A DNA stretch of 64,000 bases, taken from Gemmatimonadales bacterium (lineage in GTDB: Bacteria; Gemmatimonadota; Gemmatimonadetes; Gemmatimonadales; GWC2-71-9). The translations under genes and the position numbers were made by a program. The notes beneath the pieces are model-generated. The model ran no database searches. It worked only from the letters and a program-made list of their open reading frames with translations, and had not been told where the DNA came from. Location: positions 1 through 64,000 of the forward strand of contig JBDIWC010000020.1 in NCBI GenBank assembly GCA_039794085.1, in the 5' to 3' direction. Shown one piece after another: positions 19,350 through 28,836 of this stretch; positions within the stretch are counted from its first letter, which is position 1; every line of letters starts with the position of its first letter.

Positions 19350-20464
19350 CGCAACTTCAGGGTGGAGAGGGCCACCAGGGCACAGATCAGCCCGATGATG
19401 TAAAAGCGGGTCACGACGGTGGTCTCGGCCCACCCCAGTTTCTCGAAGTGATGGTGCAGGGGTGCCATCCGGAACACCCGGTGGGCATCGGCATACTCCC
19501 GCCCCCGGGTGCGCCGGTACCATTTGTATACACTGGTCTGCAGCATGACGGACCCCGCCTCGGCCACGAACACCCCCCCGATGATCACCAGCAGAAACTC
19601 CGCCTTGAGAAGAATGGCCACCGTTCCGAACGCTCCCCCGAGGGCGAGGCTCCCCGTGTCCCCCATGAAGACCCGGGCCGGATGGGCGTTGAACCAGAGG
19701 AAGCCCACCGTGGCCCCCAGGAGCGCCCCGCAGAAGATGGTGAGCTCGCCCGCGCCGGGGAGGTAGTAGAGGTTGAGATAGCTCGTCGCATCCACGCGCC
19801 CGAACAGGTAGGCGAAGAAGGCGAAGGCGCCGGCCGCGATGGCGCTGAGTCCGGTGGCGAGGCCGTCCAGGCCATCGGTCAGGTTCACACCGTTGCTGAA
19901 TCCGGTCACCACCCCGGTGACGAACACCACGTAAAGCCACGGCGCAAAGGACACCACCACGTATTTGAAGAAGGGAATGGTGGTGCCGGTGACCGGAATC
20001 GTCCCGGGCGACACCACGGGCCAGCGCATCAACACCAGCGCAAGCGCCACACCGAACGCGATCTGGCCCACGAGCTTGTAGCGCGCGATGAGCCCCCGGG
20101 ATCGGCCCTGCACCACCTTGAGGTAATCATCGAGAAACCCGATGGCCCCCATCCAGAGAGTGGCCAGCATCGCGATGACGACAAACCGGTTGGTGAGAGG
20201 CGCCCACAACAGCGTGGGAACGATCGTGGCGAGCAGGATGATCAGCCCCCCCATGGTCGGCGTGCCCCGCTTGCCCTCGTGCGTCGTGAGGAAATTGGCG
20301 CGCACCACCTGTCCCACCTTGAGGACCCGGAGCCGGCGGATGATGGCGGGTCCCGCCACGAACGCGATGAGCAGGGCGGTGACGGTGGCCCCCGCCGCCC
20401 GGAAACTGATGTACGAAAACAGATTGAAGAGGCCGCCCAGGGGTGCCAACAGATGATAGAGCAT
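19346..20464 (-). CDS. mraY: Phospho-MurNAc-pentapeptide transferase
   Basis: GTPTMGG, GFLDD, NLTDGLDGL, FMGDTGS, MAPLHHHFE. Confidence 0.98.
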   Translation of the reverse strand: MLYHLLAPLGGLFNLFSYISFRAAGATVTALLIAFVAGPAIIRRLRVLKVGQVVRANFLTTHEGKRGTPTMGGLIILLATIVPTLLWAPLTNRFVVIAMLATLWMGAIGFLDDYLKVVQGRSRGLIARYKLVGQIAFGVALALVLMRWPVVSPGTIPVTGTTIPFFKYVVVSFAPWLYVVFVTGVVTGFSNGVNLTDGLDGLATGLSAIAAGAFAFFAYLFGRVDATSYLNLYYLPGAGELTIFCGALLGATVGFLWFNAHPARVFMGDTGSLALGGAFGTVAILLKAEFLLVIIGGVFVAEAGSVMLQTSVYKWYRRTRGREYADAHRVFRMAPLHHHFEKLGWAETTVVTRFYIIGLICALVALSTLKLR

Positions 20465-20470
20465 GAGTCC

Positions 20471-21844
20471 TCAGTCCGGGGGAGCGGCCGGCGACGCCAG
20501 CAGCGGAAGTATACGTTCGAGCGCAACCCCGCGGGATGCCTTGAGCACCACCAGGTCGGTGCCCCGCAGATGGGGCCTCAGGACCGGCGCCAACGCCAGG
20601 GGGTCGGAGGCGGTCAGCTCCACCACGCCCTCCGGCGGCGGGCCGAGACTGGCCAGCGCGGGACCAAACTCACCCACCACGGCAAGCACCTCGGGACGCA
20701 ACTCCCGGAGCGCCGATCCCACCTCCCGATGCCACCGCGCCGCCTCAGGCCCCAGTTCCCGCATGGTGCCGGCCACGAACACCAACCGCCGTCCGGTGGC
20801 CGCCCGAAGATCGCGTGCCATGGCGATGGTCCCGCGGAAGGAATGCGGATTGGCGTTGTAGGCGTCATGAAGGATCAGAAAATCCTCCTGCCGACGGATC
20901 TCGCCCCGCCCTCCCGGGAGCTCAACCGAGGCGAGGGCCCCCGCCATGGCGCCGGGCTCGAATCCCAGGGCGGAGCCCACGGCCCAGGCGAGCATCGCAT
21001 TGGCCGCCTGATGACGGCCCGGAATCGAGAGGTGCACCTCCACCCCCTCGCGCATCCAGTGCGGACACCCGCGGGCGTCCATCGTCACCGGCCCGGCCTG
21101 CACCTCGCCCTCGCCAAGTCCCGCGACCACGACCTTCGCCGCGAGGGTGCGCGCGCGATCCGCGAGCGCAGCGGGCTCGGTCCCCACCACGGCCAGGGGG
21201 ACCTCCTCCAGAAGCGCTGTCTTCTCCCGAAGCACTCCGGCGAGGCTCCCGAACCCCTCCAGATGACCCGGAGCCACGTTGGTAACCACCGCGATATCGG
21301 GGCACAGAATCTCCCGATACCGGGCGATCTCCCCCGGCACGGAGGCCCCCGCTTCCACCACCAACGCCTCGGTCCCCGCGGGAGCGCTGAGCACGGTGTG
21401 AGGCACGCCGACAAGGTTGTTCAGGTTGGCCGGAGTGGCGTGGGTCGCGTATCGCAGCCGCAGGATGGCCGCCACCATTTCCTTGGTGGAGGTCTTCCCG
21501 TTGGTACCGGTGATCGCCACCACGGGGCCCGGGAGGCGACGACGACACGCGGCCGCCAGGTCACCATAGGCGCGAAGCGTGTCGGGAACGGGAAAAAGCC
21601 GGAGACCGGCCACCGGGGCGGTTCCCTCGCGCACCACGGCGCCCGTCGCCCCCGCATCCCGAGCCTCGGCCAGGAAGGTGTGCCCGTCGAAGCGATCTCC
21701 GCGGAGCGCCACGAAGAGGCCACCGGCCTCGAACTCCCGGACCAACGCCCGGGTGTCGGTCGTGAGGGAGGAGAATCGCAGGGTGGGATCGCCCCCGGGC
21801 AACCCGAGAGCGGCCGACACGGTGGCGTCGGTCCAGGTGGTCAT
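20471..21844 (-). CDS. murF: UDP-MurNAc-tripeptide--D-Ala-D-Ala ligase
   Basis: GTNGKTSTK, DAYNANP, LKASRG. Confidence 0.96.
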   Translation of the reverse strand: MTTWTDATVSAALGLPGGDPTLRFSSLTTDTRALVREFEAGGLFVALRGDRFDGHTFLAEARDAGATGAVVREGTAPVAGLRLFPVPDTLRAYGDLAAACRRRLPGPVVAITGTNGKTSTKEMVAAILRLRYATHATPANLNNLVGVPHTVLSAPAGTEALVVEAGASVPGEIARYREILCPDIAVVTNVAPGHLEGFGSLAGVLREKTALLEEVPLAVVGTEPAALADRARTLAAKVVVAGLGEGEVQAGPVTMDARGCPHWMREGVEVHLSIPGRHQAANAMLAWAVGSALGFEPGAMAGALASVELPGGRGEIRRQEDFLILHDAYNANPHSFRGTIAMARDLRAATGRRLVFVAGTMRELGPEAARWHREVGSALRELRPEVLAVVGEFGPALASLGPPPEGVVELTASDPLALAPVLRPHLRGTDLVVLKASRGVALERILPLLASPAAPPD

Positions 21845-23319
21845 GGGGATCCGAGGAGTTCCTGCACGATGGCCCGCTCATCGAAGGGATGGGAGACGGT
21901 ACCCACGATCTGGTATGTCTCGTGCCCCTTGCCGGCGAGCAGAACCGTGTCGCCCGGGCGGGCCAGGGTGAGGGCCTCTGCGAGCGCCTCCCGGCGATCC
22001 ACCCGGCGCACCACAGGAATCCGCCGCAGAGCAGGCATGATGTCATCCACGATCCGTTCGGGATCCTCCGTGCGGGGATTGTCCGAGGTCACGATGGCCA
22101 GGTCGGCCATCCGGTCCACCACCTCCCCCATCAGGGGCCGTTTCCCGCGGTCCCGGTCGCCCCCGCAGCCGAAGAGCACGATCAGCCGACCGGATGTCAG
22201 GGGGCGGAGCGTCCCGCAGGCTCGCTCCAGGGCATCGGGTGTGTGGGCGTAGTCCCGGATCACGACACAGGGACGATCGCTGATCCGTTCCATGCGTCCC
22301 GGCACCTGGGGCACCGTGCCGAGCCGCTCCGCCACTTCGGCCACCGGCATGCCGAGGACGAGGGGCACCGCGGCCGCCGCCAGCGCGTTGGCCATGTTGA
22401 AGGAGCCCGGTATCGGAAGCCGCACGTCCGCGGAGCCGAAACGCCCCGTGAGACGAAACCGGCTCCCCGTCGCGTCCTCCACCGGTTCGGCGGCGCCGCA
22501 ATCGGCCCCGGGCGTCAATCCGAACGTCACCGGAATGCGGGACGTTCTCCCCGCCACGGCGATCCAGGCGGGATCGTCCCGATTCACGACCACGACACCC
22601 GCGGGAGCCAGAAGATCGAGCAGCCGGAGCTTGGCCGCCCGGTAGGCTTCCATCGTCCCATGGTAATCGAGGTGGTCCCGGGTGAGGTTGGTGAACACCG
22701 CCGACGTGAAGAGGATACCATCGAGCCGGCCCTGATCGAGGCTGTGGCTGCTCGCCTCCATGGTCACCGTGCGGCACCCCCGGTTCCGCAGAGCCGCCAG
22801 CGTGGCCTGGAGATCGAGGGGCCCCGGAGTGGTCAGGGCCGCCGTGCCGGGAATGATCCGGCCCGCCCCGTCCATGGCGCCGAGGGTGCCCAGAACACCC
22901 GCATCCTCCGTGTCGTTCATCAGGTGGCGAAGAATGCTGCTGGTGGTGGTCTTGCCGTTGGTTCCCGTCACGGCGTGCAGCCGCAGGCCGGCGGCCGGGT
23001 CGCGATGCCAGGCCCGGGCGAGCACCACCGTCGCCCGATGCGTGTCCCGCACCTGGATCACGGGAACGGGACACTCCACGGGGCGTGCCACCATGACAGC
23101 CGCGGCTCCCCGCCTCACGGCATCGGGGACGTGATCGTGCCCATCGGTGCGGGTCCCGGGGACGGCGAGAAAGAGCCCACCGGCCTCGATCTGGCGGCTG
23201 TCGGTGGCCAGGCCCGCGAAGCGATGCCCGGGAGACAGGTCCGGGGCCGACAGGAGAAGATCGGCGGCGCGCAATTCCGCCACCAGCGTGGACCAGGAGG
23301 GAGGGGACTCGATCGTCAC
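21841..23319 (-). CDS. murE: UDP-MurNAc-dipeptide--diamino acid ligase
   Basis: TGTNGKTTT, MEASSH, DYAHTPDA, GCGGDRD, DNPR, GKGHE. Confidence 0.97.
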   Translation of the reverse strand: MTIESPPSWSTLVAELRAADLLLSAPDLSPGHRFAGLATDSRQIEAGGLFLAVPGTRTDGHDHVPDAVRRGAAAVMVARPVECPVPVIQVRDTHRATVVLARAWHRDPAAGLRLHAVTGTNGKTTTSSILRHLMNDTEDAGVLGTLGAMDGAGRIIPGTAALTTPGPLDLQATLAALRNRGCRTVTMEASSHSLDQGRLDGILFTSAVFTNLTRDHLDYHGTMEAYRAAKLRLLDLLAPAGVVVVNRDDPAWIAVAGRTSRIPVTFGLTPGADCGAAEPVEDATGSRFRLTGRFGSADVRLPIPGSFNMANALAAAAVPLVLGMPVAEVAERLGTVPQVPGRMERISDRPCVVIRDYAHTPDALERACGTLRPLTSGRLIVLFGCGGDRDRGKRPLMGEVVDRMADLAIVTSDNPRTEDPERIVDDIMPALRRIPVVRRVDRREALAEALTLARPGDTVLLAGKGHETYQIVGTVSHPFDERAIVQELLGSP

Positions 23320-23330
23320 GGGAGGGCCAT

Positions 23331-25292
23331 TCAGGGGGCGTCGCCCGCCAGGATCTGGACCGTAGCCCCCGGCGCCAGGGTGGCGCCGGCAGCCGGGCGA
23401 CTCCCCCGGACCACACCGGAACCGGTCACGCGCACCCGAAATCCCCGGCGGTGAAGGAGCAGGACCGCTTCCCGGACCGTGCGCCCGCTCACCTCGGGAA
23501 CGAGTCGGCGGGGGGAGGCGGAATCATCCTCCGCCACCGGGAGGTCCACGATCTGGAGGGGAGCCGGTGTGCCCGGTGGGACCGGCGGGGCGTCCGGAGC
23601 CGACGCCACGCGCGCCCCAAGCGCCCGGCGATCGAGGGCACTCTCCCGTGCGGCCAGGGCCTCTTCGAGCATGCGCCGGGTGAGGGGAGCCGCGGTGAGG
23701 CCTCCGTACCCGCCCCGCGGGTTGGTGAGTCGTGCGATCACCACGAGCTGGGGGTCGTGGGCGGGAAAGATCCCCGCGAACGACGCCGTGAACTTGCCCG
23801 GCTGATAGGCACCCCGTTCGAAGAGCCGGGCGGTCCCGGTCTTGCCCAACACACTCACGTTGGCAAGCTGCACCTGGGATCCGGTTCCCTCCGTCCCGGC
23901 GGCCTCCTGGAGAAAGTACCGGAGACGCGCCGCCACGTCGGCCGTGATCACCCGGCGCACCACCTCGGGGGCATGCCGGTAGCGCGTGGTGCCGACAGGA
24001 TCCCGGATCTCACGAACCAGGGTCGGGGCCAGAAGCACTCCGTCGTTGGCGATGGCGGCGTACGCGGCGGCGAGCTGAATGGCCGTGACACCGAACTCAT
24101 ATCCGATGGCGTGGCTCGGTCCACTGTAGTTGGCATTCCACCGGTGGGGCCGCGCGAGGCGACCCGGGGCTTCTCCGGGAAACTCCACCCCCGTCGGGGC
24201 GCCGAATCCGAAATCCCGCAAGGTCTCATACTGCTCCTCCGGCGCGAGCAGCTGGGAGAACTTGGCCATCGCAATGTTGCTCGACACCTGAACCGCCCTC
24301 TGCAGCGTCAGCGGTTCCCGCTCCGCGTGCGTGTCCTCCAGTATCCGAACCCGGGTGGAGGATACGGGCATGACCCACCGGCCGTTCTCGCCCGAGACCG
24401 TGCGCGTGCTGTCGACCCGCTCCCGGGACAGGAGACCCGCGGCGGTGAACAGCTTGGCCGTGGATCCCGGCTCGAAGGGGGCCGTGAAGACGGTGGCCCC
24501 GGCCCGGTGATCGGAGCCCGACGCGAGTTGCGACGCCGCCGCGAGCACCTCTCCAGTTCGGATGTCGAGGAAAACCACGTCCCCCCCCTCCGCCGCGTAT
24601 TCCGCGATGGCGTCCGTCAGGCCCGTTTCGGCGATCCCCTGCAAATCGGTGTCGATGGTGAGAACCACATCCGATCCCTCCACCGGTTCCCGGACCCGCC
24701 GGCTGGGGGATTGGTAGAGCCGGCCGGCACCGTCCCGCAGGAACACCGCCTCCCCGGCACGACCGGCCAGCAGCGAGTCGAACGCCTTCTCCAGGCCCGA
24801 CGTTCCGAATCCCGAGTCGGGATGGAGCGTCCCGATGACGGGGCGTGCGAGGCCACCCGCGGGGTAGTGACGCAGATACACCGATTCGAGATGAACTCCG
24901 CGCAGGGGCCGGAGGGAATCGATCTGGCTCGCGCTCCAGGGGCCGTGAAGGTAGTAGTCGCGGCGGGTCCGCGCCGCCTGCCGCAGCGCCTCCGGGCGAA
25001 CGCCCAGATGCCGCGAGGTCAGCGACACCAGCCGAGCCGTGTCCCGGACCTGGGGAAAGGAGATGTTGACGTGATAGAATTGTTGACTGACGGCGAGGGG
25101 TCGGCCGGCTCGATCGAGAATGGTGCCCCGCCGAGCCGGAAGAGGGCGGACCGCGAGGCGCCGGGACTTCCCCGCCTCCGCCCACCGGTCGCGTTGAATC
25201 AACTGGACCTGGGCGGCCCGGGCCACGAGCCCCACCAGCCCCAGAGCCACTACGGCCTGGATAAGGGCGATGCGCGCCGCGGGTTTGGCCAT
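23331..25292 (-). CDS. ftsI: Class B penicillin-binding protein with C-terminal PASTA domain
   Basis: STAK (SxxK), SSN, KTG motifs; PASTA-like VPEVSGRTVREA. Confidence 0.93.
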   Translation of the reverse strand: MAKPAARIALIQAVVALGLVGLVARAAQVQLIQRDRWAEAGKSRRLAVRPLPARRGTILDRAGRPLAVSQQFYHVNISFPQVRDTARLVSLTSRHLGVRPEALRQAARTRRDYYLHGPWSASQIDSLRPLRGVHLESVYLRHYPAGGLARPVIGTLHPDSGFGTSGLEKAFDSLLAGRAGEAVFLRDGAGRLYQSPSRRVREPVEGSDVVLTIDTDLQGIAETGLTDAIAEYAAEGGDVVFLDIRTGEVLAAASQLASGSDHRAGATVFTAPFEPGSTAKLFTAAGLLSRERVDSTRTVSGENGRWVMPVSSTRVRILEDTHAEREPLTLQRAVQVSSNIAMAKFSQLLAPEEQYETLRDFGFGAPTGVEFPGEAPGRLARPHRWNANYSGPSHAIGYEFGVTAIQLAAAYAAIANDGVLLAPTLVREIRDPVGTTRYRHAPEVVRRVITADVAARLRYFLQEAAGTEGTGSQVQLANVSVLGKTGTARLFERGAYQPGKFTASFAGIFPAHDPQLVVIARLTNPRGGYGGLTAAPLTRRMLEEALAARESALDRRALGARVASAPDAPPVPPGTPAPLQIVDLPVAEDDSASPRRLVPEVSGRTVREAVLLLHRRGFRVRVTGSGVVRGSRPAAGATLAPGATVQILAGDAP

Positions 25293-25588
25293 CAGTCCCG
25301 TCCCCCGCTCGGGGTCGCTTCCCGCACCCGGAACTGCACGAATTCGCTGTCGCTCGGAGAATGCAGGCCCAGGGATTCGGCGCGAGGCACCAGGACCTTC
25401 CGGCTCGATCCATCGCGGATGCGGCGTTCCAGGTCCGCCAGGCGGGCCTCGAGCGCGGCGCGATCCGACCGCAGGGCGGCCACCCGCCGCGCCGTATCAA
25501 GACCGGCGCGTTGACGCACCACCACGATCGTCGCGACCCCCAGGAAGAGGAGAAGCCAGAGCATCACCCAATACCGGCCCCGGATCAT
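25292..25588 (-). CDS. ftsL: Cell division protein FtsL-like
   Basis: TM helix plus leucine-zipper coiled coil; position between rsmH and ftsI. Confidence 0.75.
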   Translation of the reverse strand: MIRGRYWVMLWLLLFLGVATIVVVRQRAGLDTARRVAALRSDRAALEARLADLERRIRDGSSRKVLVPRAESLGLHSPSDSEFVQFRVREATPSGGRD

Positions 25589-26513
25589 CGGCCTTCCGGA
25601 AGCCGCGCAACCTCGCGCTGCGCGCGCGAGGATTGGTCACAATCTCCGCGGCGCCGGCCTGGATCGGCCGCCGGGGATCGACGGTCCCCAGGGCACGTCC
25701 ACTGCATCGGCATTCGGGAAAGGCCGTGGGACAACGACACGCGAGCCCCCACTCACGAAAGGCATGTTTGACGAGGCGATCTTCGCCCGAATGATAACTG
25801 ATCACCGCCAGAATGCCGGAGGGGAGAAGCGCATCCCGGAGGGCCGGGAGAGCCGAACGAAGTCCTTCGAGTTCATCATTGACCGCGATGCGGACCGCCT
25901 GGAAGCAGCGGGCAAAGTCGGCCGGCCCGCTCCGCGGACCGAGGACGGCCCGGATGGCGTTCACCAGGTCATCGCTGATCCGGAAGGGGTGGTGTCCTCG
26001 CCGGCGGGCGATGTCGCGGGCCAGTCGAGGGGCCCGCGGCTCGTCGCCGTAATCCCGGAAAATCGTGGTGAGGTCCGCCGGGGAGGCCTCGTTCAGCAGA
26101 TCCGCCGCCGAGGCGCCCCCTTGTCGCCCCGCCATCCGCATGTCGAGCGGAACACCGGGCCGAAAGGAGAACCCGCGCAGATCGGCGTCGAGCTGCCAGG
26201 AGGAGACGCCGAGGTCGAGGAGAATGAAGTCGGGAGCGAACTCCCGGATGGCGGCCAGCGCTTCGGGAGAGGAGTAGTTGGCCTGGAGCAGAGCGAGACG
26301 GGGGTCCGGGAACCGGCTGCGGACGGCGGCGATCGCCTCGGGGTCCTGGTCGATCCCGAGCACGCTCGCGCCCCGTTCCAGCAACCGGGCGGTGTGTCCC
26401 CCAAACCCGATGGTTCCGTCCACCACGCGTTTCGCGGAGGAGACCAGACTCAGGACCTCCGCCAGCAGAACGGGGAGATGCAACGGGATCGGGGACGAAT
26501 CAGGGGTGGGCAC
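25497..26513 (-). CDS. rsmH: 16S rRNA m4C1402 methyltransferase
   Basis: HLPVL, DGTIGFGGH, LDLGVSS, PLDMRM, FQAVRIAVN, NPRARSARLR. Confidence 0.96.
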   Translation of the reverse strand: MPTPDSSPIPLHLPVLLAEVLSLVSSAKRVVDGTIGFGGHTARLLERGASVLGIDQDPEAIAAVRSRFPDPRLALLQANYSSPEALAAIREFAPDFILLDLGVSSWQLDADLRGFSFRPGVPLDMRMAGRQGGASAADLLNEASPADLTTIFRDYGDEPRAPRLARDIARRRGHHPFRISDDLVNAIRAVLGPRSGPADFARCFQAVRIAVNDELEGLRSALPALRDALLPSGILAVISYHSGEDRLVKHAFREWGLACRCPTAFPECRCSGRALGTVDPRRPIQAGAAEIVTNPRARSARLRGFRKADDPGPVLGDALASPLPGGRDDRGGASTRRS

Positions 26514-26534
26514 GCAGAAACCTCGCCAAGGCGA

Positions 26535-26568
26535 AACACCCCACCGGCACCGGAGCCGATGGGGTGTT
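26535..26568 (-). terminator. Hairpin after tRNA-Asp (terminator or processing stem; weak U-tail)
   Basis: Minus strand AACACCCCATCGGC-TCCGGT-GCCGGTGGGGTGTT, 14-bp stem with one G-U pair. Confidence 0.5.
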
Positions 26569-26581
26569 CCAGAGTGAACAA

Positions 26582-26656
26582 CGGGGCTGACGGGGCTCGA
26601 ACCCGCGACCTCCGCAGTGACAGTGCGGCACTCTAACCAAGCTGAGCTACAGCCCC
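26582..26656 (-). tRNA. tRNA-Asp(GTC), CCA not encoded
   Basis: GGGGCTG/CAGCCCC acceptor stem, CCGCA-CTGTCAC-TGCGG anticodon arm, GGTTCGAGCC T arm. Confidence 0.96.
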
Positions 26657-26672
26657 TCCCACAGAGCCGGGC

Positions 26673-26701
26673 AATTTAGCGGTCTGGCCCCTCCAGGGGA
26701 A
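26673..26701 (-). promoter_or_regulatory. Possible tRNA-Asp promoter
   Basis: TAAATT -10 followed by GC-rich GCCCGGC; weak -35 (TTCCCC) at 17-bp spacing. Confidence 0.3.
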
Positions 26702-26705
26702 GCCC

Positions 26706-28406
26706 TCAGCGGCAGTAGGCCTTGGCCATCTGGCTCAGCCGGACGTTCTGGTATTCCCGCATCTGGGTCAAGGTCGTGACCGCGCCCTCAAAGACCCGGA
26801 GCCCGATCTCCATGGCGGGAATCCCCTCGGCCAGGAGGGCCTGCGAGGAGCGGACCAGGTCACAGGACTTCTGCTCCATGATAGCCGCGTCCTGCGCCGT
26901 GACCAACTGCCAGGTCGCAAAACCAAGGAACAGATTCGCCTGCTGCACCACCTGCGGGTTGGTGGTCAAGGTCAGGATCTTCCGCGCCATGGGGGCCGCG
27001 GCCGTCGGGTTGGGAGGCGTGTTGCTGACGAGGGGCTGCAACGCTTCGAGGAGGATGATCCCATAGTTCTGTTTGGCGTCATCGTCCCCGAGCCGCTCGA
27101 CCAGCTCCCCGAGGGAGTAGGCATCGTCATAGCGGGCCTCGCGCACCAGGCCCTGGACCGCGAGCAGGACGGGCCGCACGTCGCTCGAATCGAGGGCGAT
27201 GTACCGCCGCGTCGTGGCCACGAGACTGTCGAGGGGCCCGGCGTAACTGTAGGCCTTGACCAGGTAGTCGACGATCTGAGGGTTGTTCGGGTATTTCTGC
27301 GCGCCAAGGCGGGCCCACTTGAGGAGTCGTGTGGTGTCGGGCTGCTGGTCGGCGGCGATCCCGATCTTCAGGAAGAAGGTCGTGTCGGCCTTTTCCCGGT
27401 CGATTTCGTACATCTGCTCCAGGGCGTCGATCGCGCAGGCAAAGTTGCTCTGCGAGAGGCAGGCATTGCTCTTCAGGTCGTACCAGTCGGGGTTGGTCGG
27501 ATCCAGTGCGATGGCTTCGTTGGTGAGGTTCATCGCCTCCTCCGGGCGGCCGTACGCCTGGAAGGCCTTGAACGCCTCATCCCGCAGGGCCTGATTAGTC
27601 GGGGCCACGCGGAGCATCTGCTTCAGGGTTTCAATGGTGGTGTTGGTGTCGTTCCGCGCGACATGCAGTTTGAGGACCTCGTTCCAGGCATCCAGACTGA
27701 GGGAATCCCCTGTCGTGGCTCCCTGGAAATGCGCCAGGGCGGAATCGGTGGCATTCTGCGCCAGGAAGATCTCCCCGAGGCAGAACTCGGCGAGTCCGTG
27801 GTTGGGCTGTTGCTTCAGCGCATCGCGCGCGGCCTTGATCGCCCGGTCGACCTTCTCATACTGATTGTCCCGGCACTCCCGGGCGTCTTCCATCGCCTTG
27901 AAGGCGTCGGCAAGCTGATCGGCGAGGCGGCCGCCGAAATCCTCGAGGCTCTGGTTCTCGCCCTGCGTCAGACTGGCAAGGTATCCCGCCTTGTCGCTGT
28001 ACCCGACCACGCGCACCGAGGCGGTGAACCGGTTGTTGTCGTTCCGGGACATGGTGCCGGTGACCAGCGCCTGGGCCTGCAGGGTCCCGGCCAGAGTGCG
28101 AGCCACGACGGGAGCCAGCACGGCATCCGCCGGGTAGGCGTACTGCATCAACGCCTCGTTCATCTGCTCTCGGGTGATCACCCGGAACCACTTTCCCGCC
28201 ACGTTGTCCATCCGCCTGCGCAGCCCATCGCCGACGCGGACGGCCGCGGTGGAGTCGGAGGCGGAGGAGACGAAGGGAGTCGCCACGAAGAGGCGGGGCA
28301 GATTCTGCACCGGCCGCTGGGGCCGCACCGCACGCAGCTGAGCCATGGCCGGTACCGCCGTACCGAGAGCGACAAGCGAGAGAAGTACCGATCGGGTCAG
28401 ACGCAT
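26706..28406 (-). CDS. Exported tetratricopeptide-repeat protein
   Basis: GGAGG upstream of ATG; signal peptide AMA-Q; TPR-like repeats (AIALDPTNPDWY). Confidence 0.8.
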   Translation of the reverse strand: MRLTRSVLLSLVALGTAVPAMAQLRAVRPQRPVQNLPRLFVATPFVSSASDSTAAVRVGDGLRRRMDNVAGKWFRVITREQMNEALMQYAYPADAVLAPVVARTLAGTLQAQALVTGTMSRNDNNRFTASVRVVGYSDKAGYLASLTQGENQSLEDFGGRLADQLADAFKAMEDARECRDNQYEKVDRAIKAARDALKQQPNHGLAEFCLGEIFLAQNATDSALAHFQGATTGDSLSLDAWNEVLKLHVARNDTNTTIETLKQMLRVAPTNQALRDEAFKAFQAYGRPEEAMNLTNEAIALDPTNPDWYDLKSNACLSQSNFACAIDALEQMYEIDREKADTTFFLKIGIAADQQPDTTRLLKWARLGAQKYPNNPQIVDYLVKAYSYAGPLDSLVATTRRYIALDSSDVRPVLLAVQGLVREARYDDAYSLGELVERLGDDDAKQNYGIILLEALQPLVSNTPPNPTAAAPMARKILTLTTNPQVVQQANLFLGFATWQLVTAQDAAIMEQKSCDLVRSSQALLAEGIPAMEIGLRVFEGAVTTLTQMREYQNVRLSQMAKAYCR

Positions 28407-28466
28407 CGCGCACCTACCTCCAAACGTGAACTGTCGAGGGCCGGCACAGGGCCGGCCAGGTTCCAG

Positions 28467-28541
28467 TGGGCGAAGAGGGATTCGAACCCCCGACATCCTG
28501 CGTGTAAGGCAGGCGCTCTGGACCGGCTGAGCTATTCGCCC
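28467..28541 (-). tRNA. tRNA-Val(TAC), CCA not encoded
   Basis: GGGCGAA/TTCGCCC acceptor stem, CCTGC-CTTACAC-GCAGG anticodon arm, GGTTCGAATCC T arm. Confidence 0.96.
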
Positions 28542-28610
28542 GATCCACCTGCCCCTGTTCAACAGGGAGACGACACGCCCCCCACCCATTTGCACGGAGC
28601 GAACCGGCAA

Positions 28611-28799
28611 TCAGATTGCAATGGCCAGCGGAAACAGGACGACGTACCCGAGAACGAGCAACACGGCCGCCGGACTGGCACTGCCCGATGCGAGCAGGAC
28701 ATACCCCCCCGCCAGCGTTCCCACCGCCACAGCCAGCACAACCCGGTTCCGGATCCCGAACGTGGCCTTCCCTGCAGGGGGTGCATTCTTTTCAGGCAT
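28611..28799 (-). CDS. Small two-TM membrane protein (DUF3098-like)
   Basis: 62 aa, two hydrophobic helices, AVLLVLGY motif; promoter directly upstream. Confidence 0.7.
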   Translation of the reverse strand: MPEKNAPPAGKATFGIRNRVVLAVAVGTLAGGYVLLASGSASPAAVLLVLGYVVLFPLAIAI

Positions 28800-28807
28800 A
28801 AGTCAGT

Positions 28808-28836
28808 ATGCTATTCGCATTGTGGTCTGGGGTCAA
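28808..28836 (-). promoter_or_regulatory. Putative sigma70 promoter, near-leaderless transcript
   Basis: TTGACC-N17-TAGCAT, 8 nt before ATG, no SD. Confidence 0.6.

Noticed and set aside
26582..28541. tRNA-anchored genomic island
   Set aside because: No integrase and no duplicated tRNA 3' end noticed; flanks are housekeeping genes
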